A stretch of 64,000 nucleotides of DNA. Origin: Azolla caroliniana (Eukaryota > Plantae > Polypodiophyta). Below, in pieces: positions 26,001 through 39,899 of the stretch. The stretch is from the NCBI GenBank assembly GCA_043228905.1, contig JBHGNT010000012.1:2108001-2172000 (forward strand), read 5' to 3'. Position 1 is the first letter of the stretch; every line of letters starts with the position of its first letter. Under the pieces are notes generated by a model. That model ran no database searches, was not told where the DNA came from, and was given only the letters and a program-made list of their open reading frames with translations. The translations under genes were made by a program, and so were the position numbers.

Positions 26001-27040
26001 ATATCATCTATGTTGCTATGTTGGTACATCTTGTGTTTTCGAATTTAGTACATTTAACATCATCAATCAATCAATGCTGTGTAACATTTTGGGAAAAAAT
26101 GCTGATTTGAAAAAGGCAAGAAAGGTGAAGTTAGAATTCTCGATAATACAAGTGATTGATGTTATTTGCCACATTCGGAACAGGTCACAGGGTTCACAAA
26201 TTCTGAAGAGGAGGGTGTGGGGCATACTGCTGTGGTGCCTTTTCTTTTGGAGGATAAGCTTATAGAGAGGGGTGGCTTGTTTGAGAGAGGGTCTGATTGG
26301 GTAAGTCTTGTGATAAGCACTTATGTGTGTTATGGACACTTATAACACTAACACCTATATGTTTTATAAACACATATAGCATTTATGTTTGTTATAAATA
26401 CCTATATGTGTCAACACTTACCTGTGTAATTGCTGCTTATACATGGCATATAACAATCGGCAACTGTTCGGTTTGAACTGAACCGAACTGAACCGTGGCT
26501 TAACGGTTTGATTCGGTTTGGTTCAGGTTCAAGCTTTTTTAATGGTTCGGTAATTTGAATTTTGAACTAACTTGAAAACCGAAACCGAACCACGAAACCG
26601 CGGTTTTAATGGTTTGAATTTTTTGTAATGGTTCAGTTTAAACAGTTTAAATGGTTTCGTGGTTCAGTTCGGTTTGGTTCAAGTTTCAAAATTTTAAGGT
26701 GCAAGTTTCGAATTGTTTAAATGGTTTGGTTTTGACACTCTCGAACCGAACCAAACCGAACCGAACCGAATCCTTACCGATTGTTAGTGGCATATGCACT
26801 TTATTTATGATGATACTATAACACTTATCATGTGATAATATTGTCTTAGGGTTGTCACTATGACAATCACGTCGTTTTATAGGCGCTATATGCCACTGAT
26901 ATTTTGTCTTAAAATTTGTCCCCATAAACTACATTTCGTTTGTATAGGTTCCTTATGCCGTAGCAGATGGGAAGCTCATCACTGGTCAGAATCCTATGAG
27001 CTCAGAAAAGGTTGCTGAGCTCATACTTTCAGCACTTTAA
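23029..27040 (+). CDS. single-domain Hsp31-like DJ-1/PfpI protein (class I glutamine amidotransferase-like fold; putative glutathione-independent glyoxalase III), 227 aa
   Basis: Exons 23029-23108, 23681-23772, 24208-24267, 24387-24464, 25621-25784, 26184-26300 and 26948-27040 sum to 684 nt, all GT-AG. Motifs: STSHGKLGDTDKPTGLWAEE, YDAVFLPGGHG, SAVCHGP, VTGFTNSEE, VPFLLEDKL and LITGQNPMSS. Confidence 0.92.
25020..25490. repeat. tandem duplication in DJ-1 intron 4
   Basis: attcaaca.ttaaaattgtatcatcttctaggcat...aggtatcgatgttaaag at ~25107 and ~25319, with a partial copy at ~25022. Confidence 0.85.
26451..26786 (+). mobile_element. hAT-superfamily MITE in DJ-1 intron 6
   Basis: TIRs taacaatcgg (26451) and ccgattgtta (26777-26786). 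Flanks atggcata/gtggcata form an 8-bp TSD with one mismatch. AACCG-rich subterminal repeats. Confidence 0.85.
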
Positions 27041-29980
27041 AGTCAAATTGCATGCAGATTGTATGAGATGGCAACATAAGAGACCTACTTTTTCTATGTA
27101 CTTCTTTTCGGATGAACATTCAGCATCTTGGAATAGCAAAGGTAATAAGTGATATTTTAACATTCACAAGATCCTTTATCATCATTTGTATGAATAAGGA
27201 ACGTGTATACATATAAAACTAGGCTCTTATCACATGTTGAAAGTGAACTACCACATATCGATGATTTCTCTTCTTTTGAAGATACACGCGAAATTGATGT
27301 TGGAATCATCCAAACTAACTTTCCGCTCTTGTTGTAAGAAAAGGTTTCTTTATTATTTCACTCACGTGTAGTTTCACAAACAATGCAATGGATCTTCTTC
27401 TCGTGGTAGGTACAAAAGACTCAACGATGATGTTATCACCATGAGAAAGCATTTATGTGCTCCCATGGTCTAATAGAGGGTGGCTAATGTAGGGTGGCTT
27501 TCCTAATATCATGAAAGGGAGTTCTTACAAAGCCTTACGATTGCAAGGGCCTAGTACGAGGCTCAAGCATATGATTTGGATGATTGGGTCTTTTAATTAG
27601 GCTAAGTTTGTAAACTGCGTTTGACATATCTTGGACAAACAATATCACGAGGTTTGTATCATTGCAAACGGTGGTATCATGAGATAGGGGCCAAGTTAGT
27701 GACTACCCTATTGTCGATTACGCAAGAAGGGGTAGGTCTCAATGTTCTTAAGCCACTAGCATGGTGTTGATTACCGTTAATAAACTCGCGTTAACCTTAA
27801 GCCTCTAATGAAAGGCTTAAAATAGGAATCGTTTCTTTTTATTAAAGCTCCTTTAAAGAATAGATATGGTTATAGAAATCCAATCATCGTAGAGGTTTCT
27901 CAAACGAATTGGTAACCATCGAGGTTACCCAACTCTCTTAACTAGACATTTAAACATATTAAATTTAAAGAAAACACAAAGGGTCAAGCATTGTGCTTTA
28001 ATTAGTTATTCATACAAATACACACAGAAATATACATTCTTTCTTGTGCATGGTGAACAAAAAAATAACTAAGGAAACACAATAGGTATGGGCCATGGCA
28101 TACATACATTGTGTTGTAGATCATTGTGGGTTAAAGAATGTTGAACCGAGCCGTAGACACATACACAAACATACACATATTCAAATACCTATACATTTTG
28201 TCACACATAGACATACATTTTCTTGTGCAAGGCAAACATAAGACATACCGAATAGAAGACATGTACATCAATAGAACCCTAAACATAGGAGACATGTATA
28301 GGGTAAACATAGTAGACATTCTTGTACAAGGAATGTTCCCATAGAGACAAGGGAAACATATTAGTATTGCTTATATAGTGTGTGCATTTGTTTTCCTTCA
28401 TCATAAACATAACAAATGCGCTCATCTATTGATAAGAATGGAGAAAAGGAGGTCGAACAATGTGTGAGAGTGAATGGCAAAAAGGATGATGCAACCAAAA
28501 AAGTGAACTCTTCAAAGACGATAATGATAAATTTGCTTTGGCAACTTGGTAGAGGTTTCATAACCCGAAGTGTATTTTTCTTGTAGCAAGTTACCCACAT
28601 TTCAATGGTCATTAGTTATGAAAGTTCTTGCTCTTTAGTTTTGACGATTGTTTGTTTTGTTTTGTTTTTTTACAATGAGACCGTAACCCCTTGCAATGTT
28701 TTTTGCATGGGTTAGATTCTAATCTTTGTGGAACAATATGGACAATTGCCAATTAAAAAAGGTTTGAGCAATCAAATTTGAATCCATGTTAGATATTTAG
28801 GTTTTTCCAATAATGTTTCCTCCAATAAGAATAAAGTACTAATTAAATAATTAACAATATAAGAGGCCTAGATAGAATTTTTCTATTAATAAAATAATCT
28901 TGTAAAAGATAGACCTAATGGAAATGTAGATGCATTCCATAGTAAACCTTGCTACATTTGGCATGTACCTTCTGATCCTTCAATTCAACCTTGCTTCCAA
29001 GATTCAAATGGAGAAAATAGGAGAACCATTGGAAGACAATGATCCGGCCATTAAAGATTTATTATAGAGGCTCAATGATCCATTTTCTCTTAGTAAATGT
29101 ATTTGTATTATTTACCAAACTATAGATACAAAGATCATTGTGATCACAATTCCACACTACATCAAGAACCTAACATGTTTGATATGATTGTACGAAAACA
29201 TCATATATAAATACTTCTTATTGTGTCGAAGTTTGAAGGACTATATTGAGGAAAACTACCAAAACATCAAACCTCTCAACATGCGAATACATTAACACAC
29301 CAAGATGAGGATCAAAGGTGAATGCATTGTGTATCTTCCAATTATGCCATATATTTAACCGAAGGTATAACTAATTGCATGAGAGGACATCATTAAAATG
29401 CCATAACTAATTGGATTAGAGACCTCAATACCATAGAAAACCGAAGACATAACTAATTGGATGAGAGGATGTCATTAAAATAATTTGTACAAAAGATATA
29501 TTACAAAGGAGACAAGGTAACTCCTAATAACCAAGTTCAACTGTAGAAATAATAGTCTGAAATTTAATGTAGGTTATGAACACATATCTTTCTTCTTCTT
29601 CTTCTTTTGTAAAGGTAGTGCAATATTAAAATGACACGACAATACAACAAACCCTTATTGACGAGAGTCTAGAATAACGAGGATATTTAGGGATGTTATA
29701 AGACTCAATGACATAAAGGTGCTTCCTTTGGGCTCTAGGGACAAGATGGCCGTAGTGCTCAATTTGGGAAAATGGTGGAACAATTTTCCCTTGTGTGGTT
29801 CCTCATGAAAACCATCAATGAACCCACTCATGCTCCAAGAATCTAGATGTACCATCTAGCCTACTATCTAAGGTAGTCAAACACTACTTATAATATGGGG
29901 ATGTCCAAGCTTTTTGCCTCCCTTAGAGAAAACCTATTTAAAAGGTGACATACCAATCCAATTGGCTTTCACAATACGGT

Positions 29981-29981
<1 letters not shown>

Positions 29982-30033
<52 letters not shown>
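29982..30033. repeat. (CA)n microsatellite
   Basis: About 26 CA units. Confidence 0.95.
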
Positions 30034-30035
<2 letters not shown>

Positions 30036-32454
30036 GTGTAATACAAATCAAGTTTTTGTTCAAAATTCACTTTCATAATGGTAAAGAAACCTATGAAAGT
30101 TTTCTTATTCTCATATTGAAAACCTTACATTATGTGCTGCTAAAAACAATGACATACATCACAACCTTTTTTTTGATATGTTACTTTATGGAGTGGGGGA
30201 CATATTTCATTCCCCCTCCCCCCCCCCACCTACCCTTGGAACATTAAAAGGGCGAGTGGGACATATTGTCACTTGTGTGGTCTTATTTCTCAATAATATA
30301 GATAAGATATATTAGTCTCCTTTTTGAAATCATAAAATATTAGCATTGCTCCACGCATTAAAAAGCTTGAGCATATGATCCAAATGCAAACTTGAGGTTA
30401 ACTCAAACTCTGTAGATGCCACTCAAATTCTTCGAAAATTTATTCATTTTGGATCATTAGGAACTAAGCATCTTGAATAAATAAGGCTATCATCCAAAAG
30501 TTTGAAACGTAAAAACGCACACACTATCATTAACTTTAAAAGATTCTAATCTTAAGTGTATAGATTTTATCACAATTAGTCGCTAATTATTGAAGATTCA
30601 AAGTTTTTTTTTGTGAATATTGAAATAGATTTGGCTCCATCTATCCTACAATTGACAATAACCTAAATTTTTTAGTTTAACGTTTTATGATTCGGTGAAT
30701 TGGACTTGCCATTTGGTTGATTTTCCATATACTTTTATGTGCACATATTTGTGTTTGTATGAGCAATGTATTAATAAGGTAAAACAAGTATGATCTTGAA
30801 CATAAGACCAAACTATTTGTTTAATTACGACAACTATGCTTATGACTATGAGTTTTCTCTTAATTAGGCTTATAAACTTATACTTACCAAGTTGTCTTAA
30901 TTATGGCCATAAACAAGTGATTAGGTGTCTATATTTGCTTTGCCTATGCATGTATATATATATAATATATATACATATTGGTACTTTTGACAAAAAACAA
31001 GCAAACTTTATGAACTTTTCGATAGAGACAAATCTCCCCAATACACTACCATCATCATTTTTATATACATGCCAAGAAATACAAAAGGTCAACAAAAAGA
31101 ATTGTGAAGGTCTTCATAATCTAAAGTTTGTGGAATCCTTTAAAGAATTACTCCATTTTAGTAATTCGAGAAGGGGTTGATCATATTAGTTTCCAAATAT
31201 TTCTCGTCTCATCACAATAATCGTAATAAACTTCTATATATAGAATCAAGATACGAGAAAAATTGAGAAGAAAGGTTGTCTTACTACCTAGAGAAAATTT
31301 GGTTTCTTTGCTCTCAATTTTATATGGTACAAAGAAAAGACATACACAAACATTGACATTTTCTAGGAAAGTTAAATCATCATAAGTGGATAGCGATTGC
31401 CACTCTCCTTCAACACGTTACACAATGGCAATGTGTTTTGATTCTAATTCCTCCCTCCCATGTTGAAGCGTGTTTGCCACACGCCCATTGCAACCGTAAG
31501 GACATGTTCACACATCCCGATGTTACACAAGGGAATACTAATCTGCTTGACGTGAGTCATATATAAACCTTTTTTTTATTTGATGTCCCACACTGAATTT
31601 CATGGCGGACATGCAAACTTTTATGCTTGGTAGTTCAGTTTTTAACCGTGGTAAATTTCTGATTAGCAAATGCATTTTCATTTATTTTTTTTCCAAAAAA
31701 AACACAATTTTCATTTTTAATATTGTCAACTCTCCAAAAGCAAGGACAAACTTTGGCAGACGAAGGGTTCCCTTGATGTTTTATGACGTATATGCTATTG
31801 GCTTTTGGACAACACATAAAGACTTACAATTTTTCCCTTTCAAATAAATCCATAAACATTTAATCATAGTTGAGAAGAGAGAACATTTGCTTATGGTTTT
31901 TCTCGATGGATTAGTGTGAGTAGAATAGCTTTGTTAATGCTTTTCCCTCGATGGATTAATGCAAAACAAGAAGGGTGAAGAAAAAAATACAAAACAAGTA
32001 TAAAAGCTCAATTAATCACATTAGGCGCTAATACTCTCTGTTACCTTCTTCGAGATTTCACGCTGGTATTATTAAGCTAGCTAGACCTCAAAGTTGTTGG
32101 TACAAAGTATATGTTTCACATATATGTATTTGTGTTGTTGGTGCATGCATATCAATGTACGTATCTATCCACTTATAAGATTTTAGTAAAATGTGTTCCC
32201 TTTATAGATTCCCCACCTACAACTTGCAATATTTGACAACTTTGGTAAGAAAATTGATGTATTTACACAATTGAATGAATAAGGGCGTAAATTTCCCCAA
32301 CCTTGGTAATCATAGCTACGCCATAAATTCTAGACTACATACACATGTGGACAATTATGTCACGATTCTAAATTGTGCATGCACTTTCGTAAATGACCTT
32401 TAAATCCATTAAATATTATGTGTTTAAGCCATGCATAGGCTCTATTACAATATT

Positions 32455-32690
32455 GAGCAAACAAGTAATGGGCAAAATACGAACACATGAAGAGTTTCTT
32501 ACTGAATGCAAAATTTCATCGTTAATTGATAAGAACAAGCAAACAAGTATTGAGCAAAACTAAACAAAGGAAGAAATTTCATATTGAATGGAAATTTGCT
32601 TCATTGTCCAAGACGAATAGGTAAACAAGTCAATACAAAATCTTAATAGAGACTTCTTATATTGAATGTGAAAATGCTTAATACTTGAGC
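32455..32690. repeat. degenerate ~82-bp tandem repeat, 3 copies
   Basis: g(c/t)aaacaagt...atattgaatg at ~32457, 32539 and 32621. Confidence 0.65.
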
Positions 32691-35177
32691 CATGGATCTC
32701 AAAGTTGGCACAATTTCCTTTCTATATGTCGTCTTGGTGAGTTGATATAGGTTTATGAAGAGTAGGCTCAATTTAATGCATAATTGACTCATGAGTGCAC
32801 TCTCCTATGAAACATAATGCAATAACTTGTTGCTCACACAATAGAGTTGGCATGCATATAGTTCAATAACTCCTACTTTGTCATTTGTCCTTATATAGTC
32901 AAGAATGGATTTAAATATTGCTTATATGTTGTTTAAATGAATCTTTCACCAACATGGAAACAATAAGACAATCACAATTCGAACAATTTCGACAATCACC
33001 ACCAAGAGTAAATTAGTTTATCATTCATGAACATGGACATGATTTCGTTACGCCTATCACATTTCAATCCTTCTTGTAACTTACTTGGAAACAATGATCA
33101 ATATACAATTTTATGATTGATTTCTATAACATTGTTAACATATGATGTAGAGGGGTTGGATACAACATAAAAAAGACATAATGTTATGTAAAGATGAAAA
33201 GAATACGAGAAAATAGAGAGATTTGCAAAAGGAAAGAGGATGTAGTATATACTTGGCGAGTCTGCAAATATTGGATCGCCACCCAATCGTTATTGCGTGT
33301 TCACTATATATTCCCATTCAAAAATTTGGGTTGTGCATCCCACATATCAAGTGGGAACCCCATGCGAACATTTACCCCGAGTCGATTGCCATCAACCTCT
33401 ACAACTTGCAATTTTGAAGTAGTGTGTCAAGTGTGCCATGGTATAGTGTCCTTCAACTTGATCACCCATTTTAAGCGAATCTTAGAAAGTCAAAGGGCTT
33501 GCATGTATGTATATGCACAGTGCATACATGTGGTGGTGAGGTGGGTAGAAAGTGTTAGGGATCACAATCAAATGACATTTGACAACTTCAATGTAATTCC
33601 TTGTCTCTTGCGCATAGGGGGGCCGTAATAAAGATGTGATGACGGATCTAATATAGGTGGACATTTGAACTAGTGGGGCGAACTCCATGTATTGCATAGA
33701 GGGGGGGGGAGGGGAGGGTCACAACTTTCAAAGGTATTATTACACATAAACCAAATATTCAAAATGTTGATTATTCATAGAGGGGACACGACTTGTGAAG
33801 AAGACAAGTAACTAAAAACATCACGCATACACACAAAGCATACACCTAGTATTAGTGGAACTTGTTTATGTAAGGCTCACACTTGTAGGTGACCGATGTA
33901 ATCATTACATATTGTAGAGATATCGTATAGAATATATCATGCAACCTTTCATGTGATGTACAAGTTGCATTGACAAAGTTTAGGATCAAGTTTGGGAAAT
34001 GCATGCTTTTCCACTCTATACTGATTATATTAACTCATAGTAAAGACAAGAATCTTTAAAGTTTCTTAGGCTTTTTCCTCTCGAAAGAGGATGAGCACAA
34101 TCACTTCAATATGAAACACCAAATAACCCCTCAGATGTAGGCACATATGCTATATGCGGATAATGGCCCATGGTCTCCACATTTAGCGAAAATCGTAATG
34201 AATATAAATCGGACCTTTATGACTTCGATACGTCATATATTATATAGCCTGTGTTGGTGTGGCATCTACTACATGCCTTTTATGCATGTGTATGCGTGAT
34301 CTAGTCATAACCTGATACTATATAAATTCCGTTTGCTTTCTAATTTCTTCTCATAGTTTTGACTTGTTTCTTCTAAACTCGAAAGGATAACATAAAAGTT
34401 CTAATAAAAGAGTGATGACAATACATTAGAAAAATACTTGAGGGATTGCTTTATTTAACGAATCATTGAGAGCTTTAAAAATAGTCTACAAAATGGATTT
34501 TAATTTGGACCATTGCTCGAAGATCAAATCCCCATCTTTTCTCTAGGAATCTACTCATGCTTAACGTACGAACCTTTCCCATTTCATTCTAACTTATGAA
34601 AAAATCGTAACCTATATTATGTGCAACTCTTCTTTTATTATTTTAGCAAACTTTTTACATGGAATTTTACAAGGCATTCCTATTTCTAAAAAAATGTCGT
34701 ACGACCCGCACTTTGTTTGAGCTCATGATGGTAGTAAAATGGGGTAGTGTAGTGTGTACAATTGAATTGGTTTCCAACATTACAGGTTGTGCTTTGTAAT
34801 TTTGGAACCTATGGAAACAATTGGTTAGATTCATCATACTAGCATCATAGTCTTAACTCTTGTTCCAAGGACTACTTAGGGTACACGCATGTGTCGGCCA
34901 TATGGTGACACCCTATGCTAGCTCTCATGTTAGGCTGCATGCATTTCTTGGCTAGGCCACACACATGCACACTCCAAAGCTCATAGAGGCCTTGCTCTAG
35001 GAACAATCTCCCTACCACCATGATAGATATTAGAGGTTGTGAGGAGTGAACCTAGAAGCTACGACTATGACAAGAATATTAAATATCTTTATTTTGTAGG
35101 ACTAGTAGTATGAATGGCTCCATTTGGTTTATTGAGAAACTCACAAGCATGTCAACATCCTCTTTAGTGATCTAATC

Positions 35178-35218
<41 letters not shown>

Positions 35219-35414
35219 ATATTTGATGAGCATGCAAGGGTCAACATCGTAAGAAAACTAAATGCAGGGACGATTTCAAGACGTTTCACATTGAATCAAT
35301 TGGTTAGGAAACTCACTACAGTTTTATGGGTGCCACCAAAAAAACTTTACCACAAAAGGATACATGAAACACAAAAAATGGTTCCCCTAATGTTGCCAAT
35401 TCATGTCCATCGTC

Positions 35415-35522
35415 GTGTTAGTTCTACATTACTATTCTAAACAAATAAGAACCTATGTGGTCTATACCTTGTGTTAGTTCTACATTACTATTCTAAACAA
35501 ATAAGAACCTATGTGGTCTATA
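35415..35522. repeat. 56-bp period tandem duplication
   Basis: gtgttagttctacattactattctaaacaaataagaacctatgtggtctata occurs twice. Confidence 0.9.
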
Positions 35523-36623
35523 TCCGGAGACGTAACAAATGAAACAAGATTTCCGTACGAAATTTATGTCTGAAAGAACCAGTCGAGCTGACATTGGGAA
35601 TGAAAGGAAAGGGTATAGGTAAGGTTCTCCATAAGCCGATAAACGGAAAGATTGTAAAGATTGTAGGGTGCGTGCGTCGGGTTGGGGCAAAGATCCGGTT
35701 TGCATGGAACCAAATTGTTTGGCAAAAAAGGGTTTTGGTTGTGATAGAACCATCCTACATGGATAAATGTATGTATTCATTCATTCATGTAAGCTTTGAT
35801 TGATTGATTGATTGATTGCTTTCTTTTGTATTGCATATCTACATAGTCTTCCAAGAGGGAAGTTAGTTTCTTTGTAAGCTACTAACACTACTATTGCTTT
35901 TGTCTCTTCTTTTCATTCATTCATATATTCCTTCATACAAATCTTCCATTCATTCTCTCTTCTTCTTCTTCTTCTTTTTCATTCATACATTTCATTTCAT
36001 CTTCATCACCATCACCATCTTCTTCCTCATCCTTCCATTTCTCCTTTGCTCTCTATCTTCTATGGAATTCCCCTCATGAAACACTTCAATCCCTCACCTT
36101 TTCACTTTTAGATCACTTCTCCCATTATCATCTGAGATTGTAATAAGTAGATAGATAAAGACTTTAATACAACATTTCTCCATCAGTACATTAAGCTCTT
36201 GAAACTATTCAAGTGCATCATTAATTCAGCTCCATGGCTTTAATTCTTCCATAACTCAATTCTTCCAAGCCAAATTTCTCCTCTTTCTCCAACTAAAGCT
36301 TTGTAGGGACTCATTCTTCATGATCTTCCTTCCCTCTCCATAATTATTATTCATTACTTGCTCGCTAACTTCTCCTTAAACACGAAAACCCTAAAAATAC
36401 CTAAGCCCCAAAACCCAAACCCTAAAACCCTAAAAACCCGATAAGACCCAAAAACCCGACAAATCCATAAAACCCAAAACCCTGACTTGTTAATCTTGAT
36501 GAATTCATAGTTAAAATACAAAAAATTAAATTCATACTAATACTAATTACAGAGGGTTTTTACCATGGCTCTTTGTCTTGAGATTCCTATTGGTTTCAAG
36601 ATGGCCAAGCAAGTCATGGATTA

Positions 36624-36682
<59 letters not shown>

Positions 36683-37886
36683 ATGATTTCATAGGGTTCA
36701 TATGCCAATAAATTGATAGTGCTAATTGAATCCAAAACTCTTCTTCATTCTTACATATATGGAAGTGTATTATGCCTATATGGAGCTATGATTGCTTGAG
36801 CCATTCAAAGTATTTCAAGGTTTTTACATTGTTATGAATAGATCGGGTATTGTGGCCAATCGCATTGGGCCGAGCAAAAACCAATCACCGAGCACACTTA
36901 TTAGAAACTCCAAAACAAACTAATATAAGTGTGTGGAGTACCATACCGGTGAACAAAAGGAACAATTTGAGTGTCGAAACTGGTGAGCAAGTAAACGAAC
37001 AAGAATAGATTAGGTGTGAAACTTTGCAAAAAAGAGTTGAGTGACTAGTGGATAATACAAGCAATCGTCAAATGTGTGTGAGTGTTTGTGTGTTGTTATC
37101 GTGGGAATTCTTATCCGAAGACCTTCGTAGCGGCCATGTCATGGCATGCTTCTCTCGACACACGGGTGAAGAAGAAGTGTAAACTAGAGTATGACGACCC
37201 TCTAGTAGGGATTGTGTCTCCTCCTCCTCCTCAACTATCTTTGGCAACCATTTCAAAAGGTAATATATGCACATCTTCAATGTCACATTCCACTTGTTAA
37301 GAGCATATGTGCATATATTTTGTAATAGTAATTTGGAAGTGAATAAGTTACTAGAAATTGATCTATCATTCATGGACAAGACTATGGTATGGCCACACAT
37401 AACCTAAGGTGGCATCATATGTATATAAAGGGGTAGCTACCACCATGAATATTCGCCCTTGCCTTTGTGTTATACATGTTAAGAACACTCCATACGCATA
37501 AAAGACAACCCTTAGGTGCCAATAAGTCAATGATTGACCCACACTCCTATTGTCCTCAAGTTTATGACTTAATCTTTGGCCTATTAACTCGTAAGCCTTA
37601 TGTATAACTTCATAACAAATTTCGTTAGGTGCATGTAAGGTTTGGACTAGAATGAGAGCCATGTTAGAAATTGGATCACCAACATACGGATGCACCCTTA
37701 GTTGGATGAAGGTTTTGATCCAAGTGTGCATTCATGGGCCAAGTATTGGAGGTCCAATATCTTAGTATGGGGATCACACGAAAGGCACCCATTTGGATAT
37801 CTAATAAGAGGACATAAAATTATAACATTTGTTCGTAACTTCCCTCCCCATTCATTGGTTGTCGTGAAACATTGTCATGTTTCTAG

Positions 37887-38794
37887 GAGCAAAAAAGGGG
37901 GCACGTCAATGCATTACCAAGGACGACGTTGATGAAGATATCATGGGTGATGATCTTGGTAACATGGTTCAAAAGAACAAATGCAAGCTCACAATTGAGC
38001 AAGTTAAGTTCTTGGAGGCAAGTTTCAACATGGATCTCAAGCTTGAGCCAGAAAGAAAAGCTCTCATTGCAAAGCAATTAGGAGTTCGTCCTCGTCAAGT
38101 CGCTATATGGTTCCAAAATCGTCGAGCTCGTTGGAAGAACAAGCAACTAGAACAAGACTATGAGACATTGAGGACCAAGTATGAAGTTGAGATGAAAGAG
38201 AAGGAGAGTAGCTTGAAAGAGCATGAGCTAGCTATGGAAGAGAACAAGAAATTGCAAGTTGAGGTTGGTAAAAATATGGATGTATATATCCCATTTTTTG
38301 CTTTTGGGGGTTGACAAGTATTTCTCGACAAATCTTAATTTTGTTATACTTAGGTTTCTCGCCTAAAGGATTTGCTTCAAGACATCAATGACTCGGTCAT
38401 GTTGAACGTTAGGACTATCCTTCACTCCAATGATGATTCAGTTATGCTAGATGAGGAAGTAAGCGGAAAATCTGACATGGCATCCCCTATGAAATCTTCA
38501 TATGGCCAAAGTGAAATGCAAGACTCTGAGCAAAGCAATGAAACCCTGCAAGATGAAACAACTCGGGCATTTGGAGCTAACTCATGTGTGGCAGACAATC
38601 TCCATCCATTTATTTCATCAATCACGAAGCTTGAAGCAGATTATACACCATGTCCAACCACAAATGATGTCCTTGGAAGCTTAGTTCAACATCTTGTCGC
38701 AAACGATTTTGGCCTTGAAGAAGCATATTATCTCTTCTTCAACCATGTTGTGGACGAGTCCCATGTGCTAGGAGTACCATGGAATGGACATTAG
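37887..38794 (+). CDS. class I homeodomain-leucine zipper (HD-Zip I) transcription factor, 5' exon unresolved
   Basis: Exons 37887-38263 and 38354-38794. [59 protein letters not shown] is followed by heptad repeats, an intron at E|V, and an acidic/aromatic C-terminus ending ..PWNGH. Confidence 0.88.
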
Positions 38795-39377
38795 AACTAT
38801 ACTATAGTTAGTTCGTAACCTTTCAATATTTATCCATCCTTGGGGTAGCTTGGGAGTTCTTTATCTATCAATAAGACTTTAGGCACGAATTCAAATCATG
38901 TAATTATGTCCCAAGTCCTTCATTTTAACGTTATGCCTACATGCTTAAAATAAGTACCTAAGGGTTTTACTATGGTATAGAAACTTGTACTCTATTATGA
39001 TTAGTTTCATCTTTAAAATCCTCCTATGGAGTGTTAAGCTCATGTTAAGATTGAGTAATTGATGTATATATAGCTATTGATCATGCATTAGGCCCAAACT
39101 TCTTTGAGATTTGTGTCAAAGAAGGCCAACTCTACCTATATGTGACAATCTAAAGTTGGTCTGAATACCTTCATAGTGAGCTTGGGTATTGGTTTGTTTG
39201 TTATTTTTATTGTGTTATCAATATCTTTTTTTATCTTGTATTGTTGTATAGTTTCAAGTTTATTTTATGGTTCTTCATCCTCAATAAAAAATGGTAGCGT
39301 TGAACCCCATAAGTTCTTTCTCCCCCCCTCATGGACATCAAATATATATTTGTTTGTCTATATGTCTTTGTAAAATA

Positions 39378-39662
39378 TTGGTCATTAACCCACTCACATT
39401 AGGTGCGACTTAGTATGATGTCAAATATCCCCGAGCATTGTAGATGCATGTATATTTATCTATCTCTAAGCTCTTACTAGAATGTGATACCATGCTATTT
39501 GAACACAACTTGGAGAAAATTGCATGTATGAGTATATTAGGGAAACTTTGCCTATCGTTATCCATGTATTCGCATATCAATATCTCATACATGGATCTAC
39601 AATGCTTGGGGATATTTGATATCATACTAAGTCGCATCTAATGTGAGTGGGTTCATGACCAA
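39378..39662. mobile_element. foldback/MITE-like element with 76-bp inverted arms
   Basis: 39378-39453 and 39587-39662 are reverse complements with 5 mismatches. No clear TSD. Confidence 0.75.
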
Positions 39663-39899
39663 TTTGTTAAGTCCAAGTTCAAAATAATATGAATGGGTGT
39701 GCACCAAAGGAACTAAGAGACATTAGAACATAAGTCTCTCAAGGCCTTAGAAAATATATGCTGGCATATTAACAAATTTACAAAATGACAACGATATTGG
39801 CAACTTTATATTATTTGGGGAGAGCTAAAGCAAGGGCACTTGGTACCCAATCCGAGTGGTGGTGTGGCTGGTAACAAGTGGAAGACGGACCCTAATGTT

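Noticed and set aside
33194-33697. Overlapping 60-144 aa ORFs in a slightly GC-richer patch
   Set aside because: No recognisable domain or splice structure. Probably decayed TE sequence.
36385-36485. AAACCCT-like repeats suggesting interstitial telomere
   Set aside because: Only two or three proper units amid degenerate A/C-rich sequence, so more like telo-box or low-complexity DNA.
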